From NCBI GenBank assembly GCA_002104905.1, contig MCFE01000057.1, forward strand, positions 124,001-188,000: a stretch of 64,000 nt of DNA. Reading direction: 5' to 3'. The notes below the pieces were generated by a model. The model had not been told where the DNA came from, did not search any database, and saw nothing but the letters and a program-made list of their open reading frames with translations. The DNA is from Basidiobolus meristosporus CBS 931.73 (taxonomy: Eukaryota > Fungi > Basidiobolomycota). Shown here one piece after another: positions 51,979 to 63,340 of this stretch. The position numbers were made by a program, and so were the translations under genes. How positions within the stretch are numbered: the first letter of the stretch is position 1; each line of letters opens with the position of its first letter.

Positions 51979-53265
51979 GTTTACGGATAAGTAGAAGATA
52001 CAAGTACGAGAAAAGGAACAAAGTATCGGTTCAACCAGCAGGCAAGAAATTCAGTTATTTTATCAAAAAAAGGGAGAATTTGAGGGAGAAAAAAATGTCA
52101 ACCGGAATCATGCGTAATCTTACATGGTTGGTTCAATGGTAGAGTAATCATACCATTTTCGGAAGGCAGTCTACCGTCAGAGTTGGGGAAACCCGATTGC
52201 TAGTTGAAAAGTGCTTTATACAAGACTGAGAATCGCATATTTGGCACATTTCCATGACGTCAAATGGATATGTCAGTCAACCATGTTGATAGATCCAGGA
52301 TGCTTAATGACAGTTTGGGGAGCTCATGGAGGGTGGGGATGAAGTGTGGGGGTCTTAATAGGACAGCTTCTTCACAATCTGATAATTTGGGGTGGAATTT
52401 CCATAAAGCGAGTTTTCGATATTCCAAATCTTCCTAATCTGGCTGGACTTGCCTTCTTTGGCGGCGAGCGCTGAGGCTTGTACCCTACTTCCACTTCAGA
52501 ACCCGACATTGCACATGTGTACAGCAGATTATCGGAAACACAGGGTTATTTGCCTGGTGTTGGTCTAACATAAAAAGTGGCGAAACTCGCGTTGTGGCCA
52601 AAGAGGTCTGCTGGCAATTGCAAATAACCCTCCCTAAAATAGAACCCGGAGAAAATTTCCTTGTGTTGGTATCAATTGGTCAAGGCTTTATCCGAGAGGG
52701 TGAATGGGCTGTGGGGAAATGTCATTTTGACGGGTGTAACAATGAATCCTAGGATTTCGTTGGTTGACGTTCCTCTTTATCTTATTAGTCCGGCATTACT
52801 GAGGTTGAGAAACTATTCCTCGATGGTGGACCCTTTTGTAACATCAAGTAAAGATCTGCAACTTGGCAACCCGCCACCCGTAAGCACTTCCTGGAATTAA
52901 GGCTAAAGACATATGCGTACTGATTCTGCCCGAACCAACAAGCTGCTGGGTCGCTCTATGTGTATCTTCTTGGTAGTTGAATACGATTCGTGGGAACTAA
53001 TCCCCCACTTGGGATTGCTCTGAAAAGGTAAACTGTGGCTTCGTGTGATCCGTCAATTTTACCGTGATAACGAGGCTCACGGCAATGTATATGAAGCAAA
53101 TCTATTTCTGCTTCAACCAAACTCGCGTTATCTTTAGATAAACATTGATTTGTTTGAGTAATACGTGAATATCATGTATAAATCGTGAAGTCAAGTGCAG
53201 GCTTAACGTTGAGTAAACGGTTATTTATAGGTAAGACAAATAGCAAACTACATATGCCCGATTCT

Positions 53266-54134
53266 TCAAGCACGTGACTTTCTACCACGTTTACGGGTCT
53301 TCCCTTGGGGAGAGTCAGGAGTGACAGGCACATCACGTTGTTTGACTTCAGTCACTTCCTCTCTCACAGGTGTGGATTTGGTGGTGATCTTTCGGAAAAA
53401 GAATCGAGGAACACTGAAGATAAATACGTTCCAAACCGAAGGTTTGGGAACCATCTCCGGATCCAATTCCTCATCCTCAAAAGTGGCTGGGTTCTCCACA
53501 GGCGACTTTTTGGATCTCTTCACTTGGCGCTTTGCCAACATAGCTCTTTCGTCAATGAGGTATTGGATGTCCCTCTTACGTAAATAATACGTCAACCAAC
53601 TAGTTCCATATTGAACCAATGACAAGAAGATCGTCAAAGCAAACACGACGGAGCCAAATCCAGGGCGATGACGGCGGTAGAAGTATCCAGTACCCCGCCA
53701 AGATGGCACTCCGTTTTTGTAATAAAAGTTGTATCGCTCACGTGCGGTATCGTTACGAAGGATTGATGCCACGTTACCAAGCAAACTGTACCGTTCTTGA
53801 GAAGAGGGATCAGGGTTTTTATCAGGACTATCGTGTAAAAAGATAAGTCTATACAAGATGCTAAAAAAAATTGTCATAAGATAACTTACTGAACCGTTCT
53901 AGACATCTTTCTGAATCCTTTCGCGATCTGGTTTGTCGTAGCAGTAGATTCCACTCCTAATAGAGAGTAGAAGCTGGCGTCTTCTTTACCCTCACTCTTT
54001 TTTACTGCATCCACTAGATCGAAGAGCTCGTAATCTAATTCATCCCAAGCCTGAGTTTGAGGGATCAGAGCTCCCAAGAGAAGGAATAAACCCAAGAAGA
54101 GCAACACCAGATGAGTGCTTTGCTTATACTTCAT
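53266..54134 (-). CDS. ERJ5: ER membrane J-domain protein (Erj5/DNAJC1-like), 2 exons
   Basis: Signal peptide MKYKQSTHLVLLFLG...TQA, then WDELDYELFDL, SFYSLLGV, H|PDKNP, RERYNFYYKNGVPSWRGTGYFYRRHRPG and a transmembrane segment. Confidence 0.88.
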
Positions 54135-54868
54135 TGAAATGTTCGTTTGCAGCAAACGAGTGTTGGTACACACTGATGGGTTTTTGAGAGTTGTTTGGAT
54201 CCCTAAAACTTACAACCAGATCACACCCCAAAATTTGAACAGTTGATTAGAATGACGCTTAGACTGTGAGCAAAGTTGATTAATGATCCTGCATGAGTAG
54301 TGTAGTAGGCTTGATGTTGATGAATCATATGCTGTACTGATGTGATGCAGGTAGAGGATGCTATTTGTAGTGGCATGTGGGAAACAAGTAAGGGTAGAAG
54401 TAGGTATTGCATGCTGGGTTTGCTGAAAAGAATTCCTGCAGAACCCCATCTCATCTCATCCCTATTCCAGTGCATTACGTTTCCTTGCTGATTAGTGTCA
54501 CTTCACAGATTTTGTTTATTTGGGTTTCTCTTCCTCAGTCCCGTTCAAACGCCCGTTGCACAGTTTAATTAAATTGGTGTTTTCTTTGGGTAGTGTTATT
54601 GCTGCTTTACCATCTTACCAATCAAAATCCATTGAATCCGAATTTCCAGGTCACAAAGTTGACCATATCTTAATTGAAATTCATTCGAAAGTTGAGGCAA
54701 CAAATTACAGTCTTTCTAACCGATCCTCCTCTCAAAAGGTCACACCGCTCCACAGATATATGCCACCACCGATAGTTTCTATTTTTAACAAGCCCAGATA
54801 TCTTAAACACCATAAAAGTCGCGCCTATCCCACTCATAATTATTTGACCGTCTCTGATTCTATATCCC

Positions 54869-57800
54869 ATGGGTTCAACTGAACCCTACATATGTTCTGG
54901 TGCTGTGAACGCTCCCTCACAAAGAGGTACAATTTTGTTTTGGTACAGTTAAGCTAACACGAGCACTAAGAGTATTCTGTCAGTGAAATTCACTCAAACA
55001 ACCATCAGAACGTTGACAGAAGGTCCCTTTCTCACCTTGCATAATTCCGAGAACCATTTATACGCGCAAAATCAAACTTCAGATTTGCTGGAGTTCATAC
55101 AGGACCCGATCGCTCGCGATAAAGCCTTGCTCAAAGTGCCGCGTCAACAAGAGCATATCCTGTTTGATTTCCACTTGGAGGTTACACTACCCAATTTCAA
55201 AGTGTTGGCGTTGGTTCAATGTCCTACTGCGTTAGATGCAGCAAAATTGCTGGCAAAGATCGAGCCAAGTAGTGATAAGGTAGCAGCCGCTCCTGTCTAA
55301 ACCAACTGCCGCGTTAGAGCTGACCCTCTCTTCATTCATTAGATATACGAGCAGCAGGATATCTTTATCATTGATACACTGCCGATCAACGTTGTATCAA
55401 AATTCAGGTGGACTTGGCAATGGAGCTGCTCGCATGATCACCATAAAAATAGCAAAGGGTGTAGAGCAAATTTTATGGTAAGTAATCGTCCCATATCGGC
55501 CAACCCAATTGTACGAGTATCTAATAGACGCCAATGACATCTAGTTTGTAATATTTGACGTTCAGGCCAACACTTGTGAAGAGCAATTTCATTTCGATTT
55601 GTGGATGGAAAACAGCGGGACTCTCCCGGAGAGCAAGGCTTATCAGCTTAAGCGCACAGATTCCTCCGAATCCAACTACTCTTCAAGCTCCACTGGTGAG
55701 AATAATTTTGATCAGCGTAGGTCTGACAGATTGTCTCCATTGGCGGCGAAATTGGACAGCTATCAGTGGGATGTATTAAATTCCCCAGAAGAGAATGATG
55801 AATTCCCCCTGGAGAAGGAGCTTGCTCAGCCATTATCGTTGGACAGCCTGAGTATGGAGGAAGATGCATTGAAGCGAACGCAGAACCAGCTCCGTGGTCA
55901 GACCGAGCCATTCAATATCGATATCGTGGACTCTCCACTACTTCGGTACAAGATCCAGCATTCGGAAAAGAAAGTCACCGCCCTCAAAAACGAAATCAAG
56001 AAACTATTAAAAGCCATTGCTGTTTATGATGAAGTCTACCAGCAGCAGCAAAGGGCCAACAACGATCTACTGGACGCCATCAAGTCAGTGAAGCTGTTAG
56101 AGCCTATCGTCAAATTTATAGCCCCAGTTTTCCAACAAATCACTGAAGGTCGACAGATGTTACAGAAGCAACTCCGCACTATGATCTTTTATCCCTTACA
56201 GCGTGTGTACGAGAAAGATATCAAGTCGGTCGAGTATAAAACCAAGGAGTTCATGCGAGAGGCAGAGGAATTCTACCACACCGAGGCTAAACATCTCTCC
56301 ATCAAGAATGATCGCGACAGGTCGCGAAAGCATGTAAGCTCTGATCAGAAATACGACAAGAAACGCAATCTTTTCGAGCAGAAAATGCTCGAGTTCTACT
56401 CATTCACTCACGAGCTCACCGAGGGCCCTAGAGAGGAGGAGCTCCTCTTGTGCTTTGTTGGGTTTGCACAGAGATGCTTTGAACATATTCGAACAGCCAA
56501 CGAGGTAGTTCACCAGCGCGGGTTGGAACTCAATGAGATTATGGGCTACTTGAAGAATCAAGCGGACGTTGTTGTTGAGCAAAGAAAGCTGATTGAGGAG
56601 AAGCAGAGACATTTAGGAGAGTTGATCTCCGCATCCGAGAGCGCGATTTCTTCCAGCAAGTCAGAAAATAGCCGTAATTTTGTTTCGCTGATGCGTTCCA
56701 AATCATCGGCCATTCGCGACAAACTCACTAATCGCATGGTGGGGGTTCGTGATTTGGGGTCGTTCAATGCGGAGCAAGCATCGTCTGCCGGACGGCATAA
56801 AGAGGGCATATTGTACTCACCAAACCGACATAGAACACCAAATCTGGAGAGTTCATGGCAGAGCAACTGGTGCGTCATATCCAAGGGCCAATTCTCAGAA
56901 ATCGTCAACTGGAAGAAAAAGCCGGACGCCCATAAGGCGTCGATAAGTTTAAAGCTTGCCTCAGTGAGGCAGCTTCCCGATTCTGAACGGAGGTTTTGCT
57001 TTGAGTTGGTGACGCTACAAGGAAGCAGAGTCTATCAAGCACTTTCCAACGAGGACATGATTGATTGGATGAACGTTCTCAAGAACGCCATCGAATCGCA
57101 GCTGAATGGGACTGGTTCTTCTCCTGATCTGCGATCCTTGGCCATCCCCGGGGACGATACTGTAGCAGCAAGGAGATCCGAGGATTTTTCCGACGACTAC
57201 GTAGAGTCTAGTTTAATAACTGCATTCAGGACTGACCCCAGTAACCGCTATTGCGCTGACTGCGGCTCCAAAGGACCTGAGTGGTGCTCAATCAATCTTG
57301 GAATCTTGCTTTGTATTGGTAAAGTCAGACTTGCTCACTATCGTTGAATACATGGCTAACTTGGTTTGTGCAGAATGCTCTGGGGTTCATCGCAGCCTAG
57401 GAACACATATCTCTAAGATCCGGTCACTCACACTAGACAACTCGTTCACCCCCGACCTAATCGATATGGTAAGGAGTGTAGGGAATCGGATGGCAAACTC
57501 GATCTGGGAGGCGGTGTTGACGGTGAAAAAGCCGGTGAATAGTGACAGCAGAGATGTCAAAGCTGCTTTTATTAGAGCGAAATACGTGGAGCGCCGGTTC
57601 CTGGATTATTCAGTCACGCAATCGCACAAGGCTGCCTCTACGTCCTGTTTGTTGCAGCCAGATGAAAATCCAGTCAAAGCCCTGGCAACAGAGCTGCTGT
57701 TCAAGGCTATCGAAAGCAATGATATCCGAAACGTGATCCGAGCCTTTGCCCTTGGCGCAGATATCAATTATCGTAAGTTCGGTGATTGCCCGGAGGAGGC

Positions 57801-58350
57801 GATGCAGATGACATACGCAGCATTCCTGGAGACACCAGTTGATGATGAGGGTGTTACTCCACTTCAGGTTGCACTGTCCATGCCATTAAGCTTGCACGCA
57901 ATCGCAAGTTTGACAAGTCAGAACCATAATGGAACTTCAACTTCAACTCGTAAATCTCTGGATGATTTGAATGTGAGCATAGCGACGTTCCCTACTGCCG
58001 AGTTTCTGATCCAAAATGGCGCTGACATTAATCAATCCGCACCGCAGAGCGGGTTTACACTACTGCATATTGCTACGATCAAGGGGAATCCTGGTGCAGT
58101 TCGATATCTACTATCAAAAGGCATAAATCCAAGAACTCTCGATCATTATGGAAAGACTGCCTACGTTTGGTCTATCCTGACTGGTGATCTATGTGGGCAA
58201 CTGTTACGTGATGCTTTGGCTAGCAATCATCAGACCAGCGGCTTGAGCTCCTCTACGTCTCTGGTGAGGTACCCCGAAAGTCAAGCAATTGCTGAGAATG
58301 CTCGGTCAAGTAAGCTAGAGACTATGGGGGTAGCACAACTATTTAAATAG
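54869..58350 (+). CDS. Arf GTPase-activating protein with BAR, PH, ArfGAP and ankyrin domains (ACAP/Age1-like), multi-exon; start approximate
   Basis: DSPLLRYKI (BAR entry); PH HKEGILY...WCVISKGQF...SERRFCFELVT...RVYQALS; ArfGAP CADCGSKGPEWCSINLGILLCI|ECSGVHRSLGTHISKIRSLTLD; ankyrin TLLHIATIKGN. Confidence 0.92.
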
Positions 58351-58847
58351 CAGCTGGTCATTTTAATCTTGTTAATGTCGCATGTTTCTAATCCCTGTGA
58401 TTAATGTTTCCTTGCATAGTGCTGTGTGGCAATACTGCCGTTTTTAGATATAATCCTTCCTTTAATCGCTCATAACTCACTCTCCTTTTCCAACTTTCTC
58501 TGTTCACTTGTGTATATTCAGGAGAGCTAACAGGAGCTCCCATGTAACAATAAAGAAACTCGAATTGTATTAATTCATGTCGATAAGTGTATGTGACTGA
58601 GAGAGAACGAAGAAGCCCTACGAAGGGATATATACATCATGAGTGTAATGCTGATTTCGCTGCATGCAAAGGCCCTGTTACTCGGTATAAATTAGTTCGA
58701 AGGACAGTTCGATACAATTGTAGTTGATTAACATACTCTCCCCATGCTGGTATCGCAACGATTCTTGAATCTTTGTCAATAAGATATATATGGGATTCAG
58801 AATGAACCTTTATTTAATTGCTTGAGACTATAGTCATAGAGCAACAT

Positions 58848-59099
58848 CTACCAGCAGCGACCAAAACCGCTCTTCTTGTTGCAGCATGCCTGGAAGGTGT
58901 TCACGTTACTGCCTTCCTTGATGCCTTCACAGTTGCCGTTGCCTCCATTGAACTCGCCCTTGCAGCATGAGCTGGTGTCACTCCACTCGTTGCAGACACA
59001 TGCCTTGCATCCCTTGGAGTAGTTGTTGCATTGTCTTGCGGCATCGATTAGGCTGGCGCCGAGGACCATGGACAGAAGGGCGATGTAGGTGAAGCGCAT
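58848..59099 (-). CDS. Secreted cysteine-rich peptide, copy 1 (83 aa; about 20-aa signal peptide, 10 Cys)
   Basis: MRFTYIALLSMVLGASLIDA-ARQCNNYSKGCKACVCNEWSDTSSCCKGEFNGGNGNCEGIKEGSNVNTFQACCNKKSGFGRCW*; TATAAAA at 59157-59163. The true start is the ATG at 59099, not the longer ORF-track start. Confidence 0.93.
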   Translation of the reverse strand: MRFTYIALLSMVLGASLIDAARQCNNYSKGCKACVCNEWSDTSSCCKGEFNGGNGNCEGIKEGSNVNTFQACCNKKSGFGRCW

Positions 59100-60232
59100 T
59101 GTACTTGTATCAGGTGAAGCTGAGGAATATAACGAAAATACACATTCTACAGCGGCTTTTATAATAGATGGTGTGCCGGATATCTCAGCAGTTCCCCGGT
59201 TGTAGTGAGTGGTGGAGTTCCCAGGACAATAGTAAAATATACTATGCACGCCCTCTCGCTACCAAAAGTGATCGCAAGGAATCACAGGCACAATGGGCTT
59301 GTACTAACACATGGATTCGTATACCAGGTACAAGATCCATATTTTGGAGGTCCCGCCTGAGGTATAGCCGATACCGGGCTCACACTTGGTTTCACATATG
59401 GCCAGCATTAATGGTTCCTGGGAAATCAAGATCGGCCTGTTTGCCTCTAAAATGTGCGCAAGAAAAGTCAAGACCAATCGCTGTAAATGAAGGTGCATGT
59501 GTTTGTACAAGGCTCGAAGCTCTCATTTGGGATATGAGGTCATCCATGGCCGTGACTTCTGGGCTGACTGAATCCGTACACTTATGTCCGGTCAATAAGG
59601 AATCCAACATCGTCTAACTAGTACCTGTTGCTAATCTCGAATAATATCCAACAGCTGTAGCTACTAGTTTTCCCTCATGCATGTGCACCTTTTGATATTC
59701 GTAACCTACTACATAAAGTCAGAATCTACTTATGTTATTGTAACACATGAGGTATCTTGTTTCATAAATAGCATGCTGTGTTGCAGTTTGGATTTTATTT
59801 ATGGAAATGATGGGCAATTTGACTCATCACTCACCCAGATTGCGGGCTAAATAGAGATATTAAATCATATTCCATAATCAGCCCATGACTCACAGATTCA
59901 CCGTTGTAGAGTGTGGATTTGGTTTGGAGGCTTTACAAAGATTCACATTTGACTGTTTCCTGAGAATGGTTTCTGATAGATTGACAAGTAATAAAGAGCT
60001 CGGGTGTCTCTTTATATCATCTTTCATACTTCATGGCAAATACTAACCCCTCGCCCTCCATTGGAAAGTTTATGAAAATAGAATTGTATTCCCCCTTTAC
60101 CAAATCGCAATTCACAGGATTTCGATTAGAAATAAATCAGGGACTAGTGTAATTCGAAGGCCATAGCGATTATCCGAGTTCATGGTTGAATATTTATTTT
60201 ATTTACTTGGAGCCTTAGCCGTAAAGTAGCAT

Positions 60233-60484
60233 TTACCAGCAACGGCCAAAGCCGCTCTTCTTGTTGCAGCATGCCTGGAAGGTGTTCACGTTACTGCCTT
60301 CCTTGATGCCTTCACAGTTGCCGTTGCCTCCATTGAACTCGCCTTTGCAACATGAGCTGGTGTCACTCCACTCGTTGCAGACACATGCCTTGCATCCCTT
60401 GGAGTAGTTGTTGCATTGTCTTGCGGCATCGATTAGGCTGGCGCCGAGGACCATGGACAGAAGGGCGATGTAGGTGAAGCGCAT
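60233..60484 (-). CDS. Secreted cysteine-rich peptide, copy 2 (identical protein)
   Basis: Same 83 aa; TAA stop; silent differences only; TATATAAG upstream. Confidence 0.93.
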   Translation of the reverse strand: MRFTYIALLSMVLGASLIDAARQCNNYSKGCKACVCNEWSDTSSCCKGEFNGGNGNCEGIKEGSNVNTFQACCNKKSGFGRCW

Positions 60485-61651
60485 TGTACTTATATCAGGT
60501 GAAGCTGAGGAATATAGTGAATATATTCTCAACTGACAGCGGCTTATATAGAGATACAAGGCTCAGGATCTTGATTTACATCGACCGTTTATGATTGCTA
60601 AGTGGATGGTACTTTGCCCTAATATTTTTTTGTACTACAACTGCTTGTAGCTACATGTATTGCAATATAAAGTGGAGATAATACATTAGTAGCGTAAGCT
60701 TTTCCTGCTTCATATATGAACAAAGTGACTATTTCTCTATATAGAGTAACCTACAGTGTTACCATCTATACGAAAATCATTGGCCCCTCAAGGGCCCGTT
60801 TCAAGAAGTTCTTTATTAATCCATCTTAATCTGTTCGCTTTCATGCAGTAAGCATCAATCGTTTGCTCAAGTAGCACTACCAGCAATCATTTATATGCAG
60901 ATTGTGAAATACAACCGGCAGTAGCGGTTGTTATCATGCGGAATATTTTCACGCGAGGCAATTCCAGATTGTGTAGAGAATGCTGTTAGTAAGGTACAAG
61001 TACCGAGATGTTTGGGTCCAATAAGGTAGATCGTTACGAGTTGAATTCCTTGTACTCACAATAACTGTAGTGTTTCAAAAACAACTCGGAATAAACACGT
61101 TGAGATAATGGTTATGACGTAAAATGGTGCAAAGTCATACAAATCTACTTGCTTGTTGAATTTGTATTGATCAACAGAGAACGTGACGTCAAAAGCAAGC
61201 CTGTGCGGGTTTGCTTAAGTAAATGAATAGAATAGTACAGACAATCCTACTCGAAAGAGGGCTAAAATCTGCAAATCATTGCTAACTTACATATCCAATT
61301 GATTCCTCTCATGAGAACGGCTTCACAAAATCGGGATGCCCAGGTTAGATAACAAGCAGTTTCAGTATTGCGATATACCTTACTTAAATACCATCCTGAC
61401 ATAGATTGTACTTCACGTAATATCCATAAATAACACACCGTGCTCCATATACACCGAATAGAATCTTCATCGACAATCTTAATTCAACCCGAGCTATTCG
61501 AAAAATACTAAAATAATAAGAAATACCCTCTGTTGACGTAGTACTTTAATGCAGTGGTGATAGCAACATATTGGTATCAAATATGAATTGAAAACCACTG
61601 AAGGGGCTTGATTTATTCGTAGGACTTGACTCATAAACCCTAGAGCTATAT

Positions 61652-61903
61652 CTACCAGCAGCGACCGAAACCGCTCTTCTTGTTGCAGCATGCCTGGAAG
61701 GTGTTTACGTTACTGCCTTCCTTGATGCCTTCACAGTTGCCGTTGCCTCCATTGAACTCGCCTTTGCAACATGAGCTGGTGTCACTCCACTCGTTGCAGA
61801 CACATGCCTTGCATCCCTTGGAGTAGTTGTTGCATTGTCTTGCGGCATCGATTAGGCTGGCGCCGAGGACCATGGACAGAAGGGCGATGTAGGTGAAGCG
61901 CAT
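61652..61903 (-). CDS. Secreted cysteine-rich peptide, copy 3 (identical protein)
   Basis: Same 83 aa; upstream region nearly identical to that of copy 1. Confidence 0.93.
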   Translation of the reverse strand: MRFTYIALLSMVLGASLIDAARQCNNYSKGCKACVCNEWSDTSSCCKGEFNGGNGNCEGIKEGSNVNTFQACCNKKSGFGRCW

Positions 61904-63088
61904 TGTACTTGTATCAGGTGAAGCTGAGGAATATAACGAAAGTACACATTCTACAGCGGCTTTTATAATAGATGGTGTGCCGGATATCTCAGTAGTTCCC
62001 CGGTTGTAGTGAGTGGTGGAGTTCCCAGGACAATAGTAAAATATACTATGCACGCCCTCTCGCTACCAAAAGTGATCGCAAGGAATCACAGGCGCAATGG
62101 GCTTGTACTAACACATGGATTCGTATGCCAGGCACAAGGTCCATATTTTGGAGGTCCCGCCTGAGGTATAGCCGATACCGGGCTCACACTTGGTTTCACA
62201 TATGGCCAGCATTAGTGGTTCCTGGGAAATCAAGATCGGCCTGTTTGCCTCTAAAATGTGCGCAAGAAAAGTCAAGACCAATCGCTGTAAATGAAGGTGC
62301 ATGTGTTTGTACAAGGCTCGAAGCTCTCATTTGGGATATGAGGTCATCCATGGCCGTGACTTCTGGATTGACTGAGCCTCTACATCTCTTGCCCATAAAA
62401 ATTGCGCTATATATTATTTGGCCTTCCTGGATATTTTGATCGTAAGTTACTATATACAGGTGTGGTTTAGGAATAACTTGTATTAGTTTTCACAACCATA
62501 CATGTATCATTTGATATTCACAACTTATGTTGCATATATATTTCGATATAACAATATATGTGTAACGCCAAAGTTATTACTTGATAATTCACTAAACACA
62601 TACTATGTTGCAGTTTTAGCTCCAAATATGGAAAAGATATGCGTGCGTGACACACCTAGCATGTGAAATATATCCATATTCTAGGCAAACTGGAGGCCAA
62701 ACATAATGATCTCACGATTCACAGATTGATGATCATAGAACGCTGCGCTGGTTTTGAGGCCTTACAAACAAACAAATTTGATCAATTCCCAGAAATTGTA
62801 CCTGGTTACATACTCTGGCAGTGCTTTCGGATGAACCAATATGTAATCATGGGCTCTTTTACTTCTAAGAATTGCCAACCCAGCAGATATTCTTACTCTA
62901 CTGAACATACTGGACTTCCAATCCTTCGCGCCCATGTTCAATTTATAAATGTTTTCCCATATATTGAGAATCACAGAGGCTTGATCTGAATTAAACCGAA
63001 GTTAAGCATATTTCCCAGTTATAGGGATTATACTAGAGATTTATAAATATTTATTTTGTTTCTTGGAGCCTTGGCGATAGAGCAATAT

Positions 63089-63340
63089 CTACCAGCAGCG
63101 ACCAAAACCGCTCTTCTTGTTGCAGCATGCCTGGAAGGTGTTCACGTTACTGCCTTCCTTGATGCCTTCACAGTTGCCGTTGCCTCCATTGAACTCGCCT
63201 TTGCAACATGAGCTGGTGTCACTCCACTCGTTGCAGACACATGCCTTGCATCCCTTGGAGTAGTTGTTGCATTGTCTTGCGGCATCGATTAGGCTGGCGC
63301 CTAGGACCATGGACAGAAGGGCGATGTAGGTGAAGCGCAT
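63089..63340 (-). CDS. Secreted cysteine-rich peptide, copy 4 (identical protein)
   Basis: Same 83 aa; TATATAAG upstream as in copy 2. Confidence 0.93.
   Translation of the reverse strand: MRFTYIALLSMVLGASLIDAARQCNNYSKGCKACVCNEWSDTSSCCKGEFNGGNGNCEGIKEGSNVNTFQACCNKKSGFGRCW

Larger units (their letters stand above)
59100..62375. repeat. Near-identical block of about 470 bp upstream of peptide copies 1 (59100-~59570) and 3 (61904-~62375), part of a two-gene unit with a period of about 2.8 kb
   Basis: Direct comparison shows only scattered substitutions up to cgtgacttctgg, after which the sequences diverge. Copy 1 to copy 3 offset is 2804 bp; copy 2 to copy 4 offset is 2856 bp. Confidence 0.92.

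Noticed and set aside
52126-52200. tRNA D-arm-like ggttcaatggtagagt
   Set aside because: No anticodon stem, T-loop (GTTCRA) or acceptor stem follows.
58848-59249. 133-aa and 108-aa N-terminally extended versions of the peptide given by the ORF track
   Set aside because: The extensions run through the TATA box and differ between copies. The shared ATG (MRFTY) begins a clean signal peptide.
59168-62989. ORFs in the peptide-array spacers (59168-59617, 62125-62439, 62663-62989) as candidate immunity or partner genes
   Set aside because: They differ in length between the near-identical blocks or are not open in the homologous spacer, and they have no protein-like features.
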